Positions 43,780-54,125 of a stretch of DNA of 64,000 nucleotides are shown piece by piece. The stretch spans positions 2,575 to 66,574 of the forward strand of contig WJMN01000025.1 of assembly GCA_014727925.1 (NCBI GenBank), given 5' to 3'. This stretch comes from Candidatus Micrarchaeota archaeon. Lineage in GTDB: Archaea; Micrarchaeota; Micrarchaeia; Anstonellales; Bilamarchaeaceae. The notes under the pieces are model-generated. The model did no database searches, had not been told where the DNA came from, and saw nothing but the letters and a program-made list of their open reading frames with translations. The position numbers were made by a program, and so were the translations under genes. Each line of letters starts with the position of its first letter. Positions within the stretch are counted from its first letter, which is position 1.

Positions 43780-46203
43780 ATGACAGTAACAGAAATCCCG
43801 ATTGAAGAAGACATGAAAAGCTCATACATGGACTACGCAATGAGCGTGATAGTCAGCAGGGCCCTTCCTGATGCGCGAGACGGGCTCAAGCCTGTGCACA
43901 GGAGGATATTGTATGGGATGTATGAGCTGGGGAACACCCATACCAAATCCTACAAAAAAAGCGCAAGGATAGTAGGGGAAGTCCTTGGTAAATACCATCC
44001 CCATGGAGATGCCGCAATATACGATTCCCTTGTAAGGATGGCCCAGCCATTCAGCCTCAGGGAAGTGCTGGTTGACGGGCAGGGAAACTTTGGAAGCGTT
44101 GACGGGGATTCTGCAGCGGCAATGAGGTACACAGAAGTGAGAATGAAGGCAATTGCCGAGGAATTCCTCCAGGATATAGAAAGGGATACTGTGGATTTTG
44201 TGCCAAACTTTGACGGCACGCTAAAAGAGCCAACTGTCCTCCCTTCAAGAATCCCCGGGCTGCTGGTAAACGGCTCTGCGGGGATTGCGGTTGGGATGGC
44301 AACGAATGTGCCTCCGCACAACCTTTCGGAAATACTTGATGGGGTTGTTGCAGTTATAGATGGGGCAGGGGAAGAGGACCTGCTGGGAATAGTAAAGGGC
44401 CCGGACTTCCCCACAGGTGGCTGCATAGTAGGCAAGAGAGGGATATTGGATGCATACGCCAAAGGGAGGGGGATAGTAAGGGTGAGGGGGAAGGCAGAGA
44501 CAGAAGAAGGCCACATAATCATAACTGAAATACCCTACCAGGTCAACAAGACAAACCTCATCCGCCAGGTTGTAGAGAGGGTAAAGGAAAAGAAAATAGA
44601 CGGAATAAGCGGAATGCATGACCATTCGGACAAGGACGGAATGAATATAAAGGTGGACCTCAAGCGGGGGGAAGACCCGGAAATAGTGCTCAGGCAGCTT
44701 TATGCACACACTGACCTGGAAAAAAGCTTTGGGATAATAAACCTTGCACTGGTCGGGGGGAAACCAAAGGAGCTCACATTGCATGAGATGATAAGCGAAT
44801 TCATCAATTTCCGCAAGGAAGTCATTGTAAGGAGGAGCAGGTTTGAGCTCAAAAAGGCCCAAGACCGGCTGCACCTCCTAGAGGGGCTGATTGTTGCCCT
44901 GCAGAACATAAACCCGGTAATTGAAATCATAAAATCCGCTTCAGACAAGGAGGCGGCCAAAGCATCCCTGGGTGAAGTTTATGGAATTTCTGAAAAGCAG
45001 GCAAACGCCATACTGGAAATGAAGCTGCAGAAACTTACTGGCATGGAACGGGAAGAAATTGAAAGGGAGAAGAATGAAAAGGAAGGGCTGATAAGGGAGC
45101 TTGAAGAGCTCCTCGGAGACGAGCAAAAAATACTTGATGTAATAAAGAAGGAATCCCAGGAGATGAAGGCAAGGTTCGGCTCCCCAAGGAAAACAGAAAT
45201 CCTTGAAGGTGAAGAAGATGAGGGGATAGAGGCGCTAATCCCTGATGAAAAGGTTGTTGTCACATTTTCCAAGAGAGGTTACATAAAGAGGGTTCCCCTT
45301 GAGGAATACCACAAGCAGAAGAGGGGGGGACTCGGGGTGATAGGTGCAGAAACTGTTGAGGGCGACTTTATAGAAGACCTCATAGTGACTACTAACCACA
45401 AATACCTCCTGTTCTTTACAGATGAGGGAAGGGCCCACTGGCTCAAGACCTACAAAATCCCGGAGGGGGGAAGGTATTCTAAGGGAAAGCCGGTAGTGAA
45501 CCTCCTGGACCTCAGGGAGGAAACGGTAAATACCTGGATAGCTGTGGACGAATTCAGGGAAAACGAATACCTGATTATGGCCACCAAGAACGGGACGGTG
45601 AACAAAACAAGGCTCTCTGCATTCAGCAGGCCCAGAAAAGGGGGAATCCGCGCAATAACCCTTAGGGAGGCTGATGAGCTGATAGGGGTAAGAAAAACGG
45701 GTGGAAACCAAACCCTCCTGCTCGGTACAGAAAACGGGCTGGCTATACGGTTCGATGAAAATGATGTGCGGGAAACCGGGAGGGGCTCCATGGGGGTGAG
45801 GGGAATACGCCTGAGGAAGGGGGACAGGGTTGTTGGGTTTGCAGTATGCCGCAAGCCGCACATCCTGACTATTACTGAAAACGGGTACGGAAAAAGGACG
45901 CTGCTGGAGGACTACCGTGTGCAGGGAAGAGGGGGCAAGGGAATAATAAACATAAAAACCGGGGGCCGGAACGGAAAAGTGGTCACGGTAAAGGCAGTAG
46001 ATGGGGGTGATGAGATAATGGTTGTTAGCTCCAGGGGGAGAATAATACGCATGGGTGCGCAGGGAATCTCCACCATAGGGAGGAATACCATGGGGGTGAG
46101 GGTAGCAAAGCTCAAGGAAAACGAGAGAATATCATCCTGTGCAGTGCTGAGCCTAGAAAAGGCCGAGGCAGAAGTGGAAGAGGCGAGCAACGGGGGGAAG
46201 TAG
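43780..46203 (+). CDS. gyrA: DNA gyrase subunit A
   Basis: [27 protein letters not shown], active-site region AAMRYTE, and C-terminal beta-pinwheel repeats. Confidence 0.97.
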   Translation: MTVTEIPIEEDMKSSYMDYAMSVIVSRALPDARDGLKPVHRRILYGMYELGNTHTKSYKKSARIVGEVLGKYHPHGDAAIYDSLVRMAQPFSLREVLVDGQGNFGSVDGDSAAAMRYTEVRMKAIAEEFLQDIERDTVDFVPNFDGTLKEPTVLPSRIPGLLVNGSAGIAVGMATNVPPHNLSEILDGVVAVIDGAGEEDLLGIVKGPDFPTGGCIVGKRGILDAYAKGRGIVRVRGKAETEEGHIIITEIPYQVNKTNLIRQVVERVKEKKIDGISGMHDHSDKDGMNIKVDLKRGEDPEIVLRQLYAHTDLEKSFGIINLALVGGKPKELTLHEMISEFINFRKEVIVRRSRFELKKAQDRLHLLEGLIVALQNINPVIEIIKSASDKEAAKASLGEVYGISEKQANAILEMKLQKLTGMEREEIEREKNEKEGLIRELEELLGDEQKILDVIKKESQEMKARFGSPRKTEILEGEEDEGIEALIPDEKVVVTFSKRGYIKRVPLEEYHKQKRGGLGVIGAETVEGDFIEDLIVTTNHKYLLFFTDEGRAHWLKTYKIPEGGRYSKGKPVVNLLDLREETVNTWIAVDEFRENEYLIMATKNGTVNKTRLSAFSRPRKGGIRAITLREADELIGVRKTGGNQTLLLGTENGLAIRFDENDVRETGRGSMGVRGIRLRKGDRVVGFAVCRKPHILTITENGYGKRTLLEDYRVQGRGGKGIINIKTGGRNGKVVTVKAVDGGDEIMVVSSRGRIIRMGAQGISTIGRNTMGVRVAKLKENERISSCAVLSLEKAEAEVEEASNGGK

Positions 46204-46242
46204 GGTTTTAAAGGTGGAGGAATAATCATTAGCCGTGATAAG

Positions 46243-47514
46243 ATGTGGAATATGCTCCTGAGCCGGGTTCTATGCCTGCTCCTTTTTGCGCTTGTTTTTT
46301 CACCGGGCATTGCAAAAGCCTGTGAGCCAGGGTTTGTGGATACCCTGGATATAAAAATAATCGACCACAAGTACCGCCCCATTGAAGGGGCAGCAGTAAA
46401 TGTCACTTACCAGAAGGACAGGACCACCGGGAAAGGGTATGTGACCACCAACACCCAGTATACCGGAGAAGATGGAAGGGTAGAAGAAACCATAAGAAAT
46501 ACTGAGACCTTTGAAAGCAGGGTTGAATGCGGGCTCACCATACGCGCAGAATACGACGGAGCGGTTGTGGAAAGGGAGATACAGGCAAACGACCACGCCA
46601 ATGAACTCCAGGTACGGTTCGGGGATGCATACCTGCTCTCGCTCAAGGTTGTGGACAGGTACGGGCAGCCTCTTGCAAATACACAGGTAAGAGTAAACCA
46701 GATGTACCGCAACACAACAGAAAGCGGGTATGTAAACATTATAGTTAACGAGGGAATTACCGAAATCGCAGTTCCCTACAAAAACGGGGTAATAACCAAA
46801 GAGGTGGAAGTAACAGAAGACAAGACATACACCCTCCAGGCAAGGGTGTATCCGCTCCACCTGGAGGTGGTAGATGACATGGGGGGGCCGCTGGATGCGG
46901 AGATAACTGTGGAGGATATGGAATTTGAAAGTTCAGAAGTGGATATAGAGGAAATAGCGCTGCAGCACCCATATGTTGTCGTTTCCTACGGAATGGTGGA
47001 AAGGGTGCCCGAGATAAACCTGGCAGAGCAGACAGAATACATTATTTCTTTTGACATTACACCCCCAGAGATAACAGATGTTGAAGTAAGGAGAGAGGAT
47101 GGGGAATTGAGGATATTTTTTTATATTAATGACCCAAATGCTTATGCAAGCGGGGCAGATCTTGCAGAAACCTCCATAAGCTATACCCTAGAAGGGATTA
47201 CCCATACGGCAATCCCCTATGCAGACAGCGGCGGTTATGTGGTGGATATTCCCGAGCCCCCGGAAAATACTCTTTTGAGGTTCACCATAACTGCTTACGA
47301 TAACGAGGGAAATATGAATACTGTGAATGGGCAGTATCTCATAACCCCAGAAGAAGAGGACGGGGAAGAAAATGGTGAAGGTGAGGGGGACGGGGGGGAA
47401 GAGCCCCTAGAAGAGAGCGACAATACCTGCCTTTTGGTTGGAGGTGCTCTTGCCGCTGTAATTGTGGTGTACTTGGTATGGAGATATGTGAAAGGACTTA
47501 CCGAAGAGGAATAA
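46243..47514 (+). CDS. secreted surface protein with CarboxypepD_reg/Ig-like beta-sandwich repeats, an acidic stalk and a C-terminal TM anchor
   Basis: Signal LLSRVLCLLLFALVFSPGIAKA. Repeated segments of the type VVDxxGxPLxxxxV. EEEDGEENGEGEGDGGEE, then LLVGGALAAVIVVYLVW. Confidence 0.6.
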   Translation: MWNMLLSRVLCLLLFALVFSPGIAKACEPGFVDTLDIKIIDHKYRPIEGAAVNVTYQKDRTTGKGYVTTNTQYTGEDGRVEETIRNTETFESRVECGLTIRAEYDGAVVEREIQANDHANELQVRFGDAYLLSLKVVDRYGQPLANTQVRVNQMYRNTTESGYVNIIVNEGITEIAVPYKNGVITKEVEVTEDKTYTLQARVYPLHLEVVDDMGGPLDAEITVEDMEFESSEVDIEEIALQHPYVVVSYGMVERVPEINLAEQTEYIISFDITPPEITDVEVRREDGELRIFFYINDPNAYASGADLAETSISYTLEGITHTAIPYADSGGYVVDIPEPPENTLLRFTITAYDNEGNMNTVNGQYLITPEEEDGEENGEGEGDGGEEPLEESDNTCLLVGGALAAVIVVYLVWRYVKGLTEEE

Positions 47515-47570
47515 CGATAGGTTTATAAATCTGATAGACGTAATAATACTGTGAATAAAAACGGAAAAAG

Positions 47571-48320
47571 GTGAAAGATGTGCCGAGGGGAAGAAGAATC
47601 GTTATTAACAAGAAGATTGACGACAATAAAGTGGATAGCTTTAGGTCCCTGGACATGGGAGAAATAGAAGAAGAAAGGGCCGAAGTTGAAGGCCAGCTTT
47701 CTAGCTCCATAGAGGAAGTTATGGAAGCGGCCAAAGAGATGAACTCAAGAAAAAAGCTCAATGATGATGCACTGAAGAAAGGGGGCCTCTACTCAATCCA
47801 AGATTCATATGAACTCCTCAGGTCAAAAGGCATGGACATTTCCTTCAGGGCATTCGGCGGAAGGATAGAAAGGCGCAGCATACCCTCGGTAAAAATCGGC
47901 AAAAAGCGCTACATCCCGGTGCAGTCCCTTGAAGATATGCTAGAGATAGGGGACAAATTTTACAGTGTGCGCAGGGCATACGAAAAATACAAGAAGCACA
48001 ACAGGAATATCAACTACCGTGCATTCATCGGCAGGGTGGAAAAGAACTCTATTCCCTCAATAAAAATAGGCACAAAACGGCTTATACCAAAGGAAGCAAT
48101 AGACTCCCTCAGCCACGTTGCAAAGAAATATTATTCTGTAAGCGAGGCGCTGAAGGAGCTCCACAAGAGGGATGTGGAAATAAAAAGAAATGCGTTCGAG
48201 AGAAGGCTCGACAGGAACCGCGTGCCCCATGTGAAAATAAGCGGAAGGCGCTTCATACCGCGTGAAGTGGTTTCCGAGCTTATTGAAAAGGAGCTTGCAC
48301 TCAGGAAGAATAGCTACTGA
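47571..48320 (+). CDS. hypothetical DNA-binding protein with three tandem excisionase/MerR-like (HTH_17-like) repeats
   Basis: Three ~58-aa repeats share YS[IV]..A...L......I..RAF..R.E..SIP..KIG.KR.IP. GTG start (uncertain) about 45 nt after TTTATAAA. Confidence 0.6.
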   Translation: MKDVPRGRRIVINKKIDDNKVDSFRSLDMGEIEEERAEVEGQLSSSIEEVMEAAKEMNSRKKLNDDALKKGGLYSIQDSYELLRSKGMDISFRAFGGRIERRSIPSVKIGKKRYIPVQSLEDMLEIGDKFYSVRRAYEKYKKHNRNINYRAFIGRVEKNSIPSIKIGTKRLIPKEAIDSLSHVAKKYYSVSEALKELHKRDVEIKRNAFERRLDRNRVPHVKISGRRFIPREVVSELIEKELALRKNSY

Positions 48321-48350
48321 ATTTAACCTTTTTCTTCCTTATTCTTCCCG

Positions 48351-50732
48351 ATGGTGAGAAAGAAGGGCGTTCTGCTCAATGTTGATTATATAGTTAGAAA
48401 TGGCCAGACGTATGCAAGGCTGGAGATAAAAGGCAGGCGGGCCTCTGCGCTTTACTACAAGTATGACCCTTATTTCTACGCCTACGCCCCCCCTGAAGCA
48501 CAGAAGGAAATAGAAGGAACTGTTGCCAGGGCAAAGGATGGGGAACTAGCGTCTCCAAAAAAAGTTGAGCCGGTAACAAAGATGCTCAACGGAGAGAAAA
48601 AGGGGATGCTAAAGATATGCTGCAAGGCCCCGAGGGACGTGCCCCTGCTTGAGGACAAGATAGAATTTGCCTGCTATGAGTATAGCATTCCCTTCGGAAG
48701 GCGGTTTTTGATGGATTTTGGGCTTGTTCCCCTTTCCATAATAAAATATGAACGGGAGGGCAGGTTCATAAAGAAATTCCTGGGTTCGGATGGAAGCGGC
48801 GGTAACCTGCTCAGGGGCCTTTCCTTTGATATTGAAACATATAATCCCGAAGGTGCTTCCAGGGAATCAAAAGACCCTGCCCTGATGATAAGCTATGCCA
48901 CAGATGATGACAGCGGAGTGCTTACATATAAGGACATCCCGGGTAAAGAGTTCGTCCATAGCCTAGATGGGGAAAAAGAGATGGTTGAAGGGTTTTGCTC
49001 ACTGCTTGAGGAAAAGGACGTAGATGTGCTGATGGCATACAACAGCACCAATTTTGACCTCCCCTACCTGCTAGAGAGGGCAAAAAGAAACAAAATAGAG
49101 CTCCCCTTGGGCAGGGACGGCTCATCCTACAGGAAAGCGAAGAAAGGGCTGATTAACCCGCTTAAAATCCGGGGAAGGATACATGTGGACCTTTACCCAT
49201 CTGTACGGTTTTTCGGTTTCACAGGTATGATACAAAGCGGGGACTACACCCTCAAGAACGTATATTCTGCAATAACCGGCAAGAAAAAGAAGATGGTAGA
49301 GAGGAGTGACATCTGGAAGATGTGGGATAGTGGGGAGCTTGAAGAGCTCTCAGATTATTCGCTCGCAGATGCTGTATGCACACATGAGGTAGGAAAGCAC
49401 ATACTGCCAATACAGATGGAGCTTAGCGAGATAACCCGGCTCCCGCTTTTTGACGTTGCTTATTCAAGCTCAGGGCAACTGGTGGAATCGCTCCTCATGA
49501 GCGAGGCGATAAAAAAGGACATCTTAATCCCTCCCAAGCCCAGCGGCTCTGCAGTCAATGCAAGGGCCAAGAACCCAATTAAGGGAGCATATGTGAAACT
49601 CCCGGAGCCGGGAATTTACGAAAATATTGTAGTTTTTGACTTCCGGGGCCTGTACCCGAGCATAATCTGCTCATACAACATAGACCCCGACAGGCTAGAC
49701 AGGGAGGGGGAGAGCTTTGAATCCCCTACCGGGGCAAGGTTCCTCAAGGAACCTGTAGGGCTTATTCCAGAGGTTTTGGAACGGCTTATAGACAGGAGGG
49801 CAAAGATAAAAAAGAGGCTCAATGGGGTGGAAAAGGGCTCTGTTGCCTACAACAGGGCATATGCAAGGAGCTATGCGCTCAAGATACTGGCAAACTCATT
49901 CTACGGGTATCTGGGGTATGCGCGCTCAAGGTGGTACAACAGAAACTGTGCAGAGAGCGTTACCTCCTGGGGCCGCCAGCACATAAAAGAACTAGAAAAA
50001 AAAGCAGAGGGGGCAGGATTTCGTGTTTTGTACATGGACACAGACAGCGTATTCCTGCTTTTGGGAAATAGAACAAAGGAGGATGCCCTTGCATTCCTTG
50101 AGGGGGTGAATGCCGAACTGCCCGAGAAGATGGAGCTTGAGCTGGAGGATTTCTACAGTAGGGGGGTTTTCGTGAGCAAGAAGCACCAGAAAGAATCCAC
50201 CGGTGCAAAAAAGAAGTACGCAATGCTTGCTGAAGACGGAAGCATAAAAATAAAGGGCTTTGAACTTGTCAGGAGGGACTGGTCGGCCGTTGCAAGAGAC
50301 ACCCAGAGGAGGGTACTAGAGGCCATCCTCAAGGAGGGGAGCAGGCAGAAAGCAGTTGAGATAGTCAAGAGTGTCATAGAAGAGCTGAAAAAGGGAAAAA
50401 TGCCCATGGAAAGAGTATCCATTTATACCCAGCTCAAGAAGGATCCCAAGAATTATGACATCAAATCCCCGGAGCTTTCTGCAGCGCAAAAAGCGATGGA
50501 GAGGGGCAAGAAAATAGGCAGGGGGAGCATACTCTCATATGTGATTACCCAAAAGGGAAAAAGTATTTCAGATAAGGCAGAGCTTGCCGAGTTTGCCGAG
50601 AATTATGACCCCCAGTATTATATTGATAACCAGGTTCTGCCTTCGGTGATGAAGATCCTGAAGGAGCTTGGGTATGATGAGTATGAATTGAAGCACGGGG
50701 GGAAGCAGAAAGGGCTTGGGGACTGGTTCTAG
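48351..50732 (+). CDS. polB: family B DNA polymerase
   Basis: Exo motifs FDIET and YNSTNFDLPYL. Polymerase motifs DFRGLYPSII, KILANSFYGYLGY and YMDTDSV. Confidence 0.95.
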   Translation: MVRKKGVLLNVDYIVRNGQTYARLEIKGRRASALYYKYDPYFYAYAPPEAQKEIEGTVARAKDGELASPKKVEPVTKMLNGEKKGMLKICCKAPRDVPLLEDKIEFACYEYSIPFGRRFLMDFGLVPLSIIKYEREGRFIKKFLGSDGSGGNLLRGLSFDIETYNPEGASRESKDPALMISYATDDDSGVLTYKDIPGKEFVHSLDGEKEMVEGFCSLLEEKDVDVLMAYNSTNFDLPYLLERAKRNKIELPLGRDGSSYRKAKKGLINPLKIRGRIHVDLYPSVRFFGFTGMIQSGDYTLKNVYSAITGKKKKMVERSDIWKMWDSGELEELSDYSLADAVCTHEVGKHILPIQMELSEITRLPLFDVAYSSSGQLVESLLMSEAIKKDILIPPKPSGSAVNARAKNPIKGAYVKLPEPGIYENIVVFDFRGLYPSIICSYNIDPDRLDREGESFESPTGARFLKEPVGLIPEVLERLIDRRAKIKKRLNGVEKGSVAYNRAYARSYALKILANSFYGYLGYARSRWYNRNCAESVTSWGRQHIKELEKKAEGAGFRVLYMDTDSVFLLLGNRTKEDALAFLEGVNAELPEKMELELEDFYSRGVFVSKKHQKESTGAKKKYAMLAEDGSIKIKGFELVRRDWSAVARDTQRRVLEAILKEGSRQKAVEIVKSVIEELKKGKMPMERVSIYTQLKKDPKNYDIKSPELSAAQKAMERGKKIGRGSILSYVITQKGKSISDKAELAEFAENYDPQYYIDNQVLPSVMKILKELGYDEYELKHGGKQKGLGDWF

Positions 50733-51676
50733 TTTTTCTTTTCGGGTTTCTTTTCCTCTTCCCCATTAAGTCTGCAAACTGATTTCCAGAAGAAGAATCC
50801 GACTACCGAGAAAGTAATTATGGGTGAAACCCAGGATGGAATATGAAACCCAAAGCTGTCGAGAACCATTATTAGGCCAAGGAAGAAGATTGAATACATT
50901 GCCCCGTTTTTCAGGAATACATACTTCTTTACATTCTCTATGTTGCGTATCGTAAGCTCACGCACCACAAATGCACCGATTCCGTTTCCAATCAGGATGA
51001 GCGGGACTGAGAAGGTAAATGCAAACGCGCCTACAACTCCATCTATTGAGAAAGTTGCATCAATAACTTCTAGGTACATGAGCTTGCTGAAGTCTGTGAG
51101 CTCTGCCTTTCCCTCCCTGAGCCTTTCTTCCTGCAGCTCCGCGTTCTGCTTGAAGCCGTGGACAATAAAGAAGGCAGTTGAGCCGACAACTGCACCAAAT
51201 GCAAGAAGCGGGTCAAGGTTTATTGCATGCCATGTTACGTATGCGAGGATTATGGACACTATTGCAAAAAACCAGACTCCTTGCTTTCGGAAAAACCTCT
51301 CCGTGGGCAATCCAAAATGCTTGGGCTCAAGAAAAAGCCAGTGGAAGAATAGGAAAATAAGGAACATGCCTCCGGCTATTAGGAGAACCGGGCCGCTCTG
51401 CTCCATCGCCGCTACAACTTCGGGGTCGCTTGAAAGAGTGGATGTAAATACCTCCTCTATTGTAAAATGCGGGTTTGCAACCCAGACAATTGCTGCAGGG
51501 AGAAACCCCCTTACCATGAATACTGCAATCAGGATTCCCCAGAGCAGGAACCATTTCCTTGCCCTCTCGCTCATCTTTGAGAGTATCTCTGCATTTATCA
51601 CTGCATTGTCCAGGCTGGTAATGGTCTCGAAGAAAACAAGCCCCAGGATTGTAAGCGATAATGCAAAGAAATCCAT
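50729..51676 (-). CDS. DUF475 / TerC-superfamily integral membrane protein
   Basis: ETITSLDNAVINAEIL, a second FSIDGVVGAFAF half, and about 8 TM segments. Confidence 0.75.
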   Translation of the reverse strand: MDFFALSLTILGLVFFETITSLDNAVINAEILSKMSERARKWFLLWGILIAVFMVRGFLPAAIVWVANPHFTIEEVFTSTLSSDPEVVAAMEQSGPVLLIAGGMFLIFLFFHWLFLEPKHFGLPTERFFRKQGVWFFAIVSIILAYVTWHAINLDPLLAFGAVVGSTAFFIVHGFKQNAELQEERLREGKAELTDFSKLMYLEVIDATFSIDGVVGAFAFTFSVPLILIGNGIGAFVVRELTIRNIENVKKYVFLKNGAMYSIFFLGLIMVLDSFGFHIPSWVSPIITFSVVGFFFWKSVCRLNGEEEKKPEKKN

Positions 51677-51735
51677 TGGATAGTGATAAAAAGGGAGTTG
51701 TTTTTATTTATTAGCATTCAGGAGCAAATATTGCA

Positions 51736-54027
51736 TCAAATTGCCTCAACCCTGGTTGGCCCAAGGCTTTCCTTGTCCCTTGAGAATTTATAGCTCCTTG
51801 CAAAACCAGAGCTGATTAAATCCTCTTCGTGGGTTATCACAAATGACTGGGGGATTATCTGGGGTACCTTATTCTCAAGGGCTTCAGAAAGTGCATGTAC
51901 TGCATCCCGGTCAAGATTGTGGGTGGGCTCATCAAGCATCATCCATCCGACTCCCGGAGTAAGCACGGTTGAGAGGGCGATGCGGAGAGTAAGGGAAAGG
52001 CAGGCACGCTCGCCTCCTGAGGCCACCTTCTCCAGGCGCCTCCATTCCCCATCATAGACTTCAAAGAAATAATCCTTTTCTGTAGCGCTCAGCCTGATTT
52101 GCCCGTAATCCGCATATGGATAGATTACCGGCCATATCTCATTCATTGCCGAGCTTATTGTTTCAGTCAGCTCAGAGCGCAGTTCGCTCTGCAAATCAAG
52201 GAGTGAGTTCTTGTAAATAACAAGATCCTGCTCCAGGCCCTTGAGGTGGACTGCCTGCTCCCGTGCATTTTCCATCTTCTTAATCCGCTCCTGGAGCAGA
52301 GAAACCATCTCTTCGGACGCTGCCCTTTCCCTGTTAAGCATCTCAAGGCGGGAAGACGTTCGCTCTTCCTTTATGCGGGATTCCTCCAGGGATTTTCTTG
52401 CACTTTCAAGCTCGGTTTCGCTGAATTTGATTGACTGGAGGGTAGCCTCTGCATCCCTGCACTCTTTTTCCCTGGCCTTTAGGGATTCCTGTTTGCGAAG
52501 CAGGGATTCCCCCTCCCTGTATTCTAGGAGGGTTCTTGAATGCTCCTGCCCGAGCCGTTCCCTATCTTCGTGGAGGGTTTTTTTCCTTGAGTTGGATTCA
52601 GAAAGACGCTTTTTAAGTAAAATTTTCTTGTTTTCAAGCTCTGGAAGAGCGTCTGCCCTGGAGCTGAGCTCAGGGAGTTTGCCCTGTAGCTGCTCAAGCC
52701 TGCGAAGCGATTTATGCAATGTTGAAAGCTCTTGCTTCACCCTGGGAATGGATTTTTTGAGTTCGGAAAGCGCCTGTTTCTTTGTTTCTATTTTGCGTTT
52801 TTTGTCCAGGAGTACCTGCTGCTTTTTTTCAGGGGGGAGTCCTGAGCCGCACAGCGGGCATTCTGATTGCTCCGGTTGCAGGGCTGCCGCAGACTCTTCT
52901 AGATCTACTATCTCATTCGCAGTTGATTCTGATTTAGAAGAGGAGGAAACAAGCTGCTGCTCCTTCTTTTCAGCAGATGCCCGCAGCTCCTCCGGGCTTC
53001 CGAACTTTGCAATCTCTTTTTTGAGCGAGGAGAGGGAGTCAGAAGATGCTTTGGCTGATTCCAGGAGGGCAGAAACCCTTCCAAGCTGGCTTGCAAGTGC
53101 AGATGCCTCCTCCTCCAGGGTGCGGATTTCAGAATCCAGTTTTTCCCTGCGCTTTGAGAGTGCATTCAGCTTTTCCCTGTGTGCTGAAAGGGATTCCCTA
53201 GAAGGGCTTTTTCCTTCCAATTCAGAAGAGAGCTGCTCAAGGCGGGCCCGGGAGCGCTCCATAAGGCTCTTTGCAGCTTCCCTTTCCTTTCTCGCTTTTT
53301 CCAGCCTGGAAACGGATTTTTGAAACGGGGCTATTTTCCCCCGGAGTTCAGAAAGCGCTTTTTCCGTTTTTTTCTTCTCTTCAAGCAGGGACGAGAGCTT
53401 TTCTGTTTTTTCAGCATGTTCCTTTTTGCATGATTCATGTTCTTCAGGGTTGTAAATAGAAGAAGCTGATGCTGCCTCACTTGAAACCCGGTTAAGAATG
53501 TAAACAGAATTTGCCCGGGCAATCTCAAAACGGTCCAGGCCGAGAAGCCGGTCCATTTCCTTTTTCCTTCTGCCTGGGTCGATGGTAAGAAAATAATCTA
53601 TATTGTTCTGTTCAGAATAAACTGCCCGGGTAAAGAGGTCATAATCCATCCCCAGCAGGGAAGAAACCGCCTCGGTTACCCTTACCTGGCCGGTTTCAAG
53701 CACATTCTCCCCCTCATAAAGCTTTGCTGCCGCAGAAAGCTTGTTTCCTTTTTTCCTTAATATACGGTGTAATCTGTACTTTTTCCCGTCCTGCTCAAAG
53801 CCCAAACCAATATGGGCTTCCTCCTCTCCGTGCATAATCACGTCTCCTGCTGAAGTTTCCCTCCTTTTAAGGGCAGGGAAAGAGCCGAACAGGGCATAGC
53901 TGAGGCCATTTAGCGCGCCGCTCTTTCCGCTTCCCATTATCCCTAGAATGAGGTTTGTCCCCCTTCCAAACTCTAAAGTGGTGTCCTTGTGGGTTCTCCA
54001 GTTCTTCAGGGAAAGAGAAGTTATCAT
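51736..54027 (-). CDS. rad50: Rad50-type SMC-like ATPase with a zinc hook
   Basis: Walker A GIMGSGKSG, long coiled coils, central CPLCG hook, signature SGGERACLSL and Walker B MMLDEPTHNLD. Confidence 0.88.
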   Translation of the reverse strand: MITSLSLKNWRTHKDTTLEFGRGTNLILGIMGSGKSGALNGLSYALFGSFPALKRRETSAGDVIMHGEEEAHIGLGFEQDGKKYRLHRILRKKGNKLSAAAKLYEGENVLETGQVRVTEAVSSLLGMDYDLFTRAVYSEQNNIDYFLTIDPGRRKKEMDRLLGLDRFEIARANSVYILNRVSSEAASASSIYNPEEHESCKKEHAEKTEKLSSLLEEKKKTEKALSELRGKIAPFQKSVSRLEKARKEREAAKSLMERSRARLEQLSSELEGKSPSRESLSAHREKLNALSKRREKLDSEIRTLEEEASALASQLGRVSALLESAKASSDSLSSLKKEIAKFGSPEELRASAEKKEQQLVSSSSKSESTANEIVDLEESAAALQPEQSECPLCGSGLPPEKKQQVLLDKKRKIETKKQALSELKKSIPRVKQELSTLHKSLRRLEQLQGKLPELSSRADALPELENKKILLKKRLSESNSRKKTLHEDRERLGQEHSRTLLEYREGESLLRKQESLKAREKECRDAEATLQSIKFSETELESARKSLEESRIKEERTSSRLEMLNRERAASEEMVSLLQERIKKMENAREQAVHLKGLEQDLVIYKNSLLDLQSELRSELTETISSAMNEIWPVIYPYADYGQIRLSATEKDYFFEVYDGEWRRLEKVASGGERACLSLTLRIALSTVLTPGVGWMMLDEPTHNLDRDAVHALSEALENKVPQIIPQSFVITHEEDLISSGFARSYKFSRDKESLGPTRVEAI

Positions 54028-54125
54028 CAGAGTAATTTTATAGAAAAAAACATAAAAAGGAAGCCAGGGGTGATTTCCGGTGGGCTGCGAAGAGCATAAA
54101 AAAAGTCCGCATTAATGTGTAAAGC

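Noticed and set aside
50940-51683. 247-aa plus-strand ORF
   Set aside because: It is antisense to the DUF475 membrane protein, whose SLDNAV motifs and TM pattern identify the minus strand as coding.
52241-53323. 360-aa plus-strand ORF
   Set aside because: It is antisense to the rad50 coiled-coil region. It is Ser/Leu/Arg-rich, a mirror of the Glu/Lys/Leu codons.
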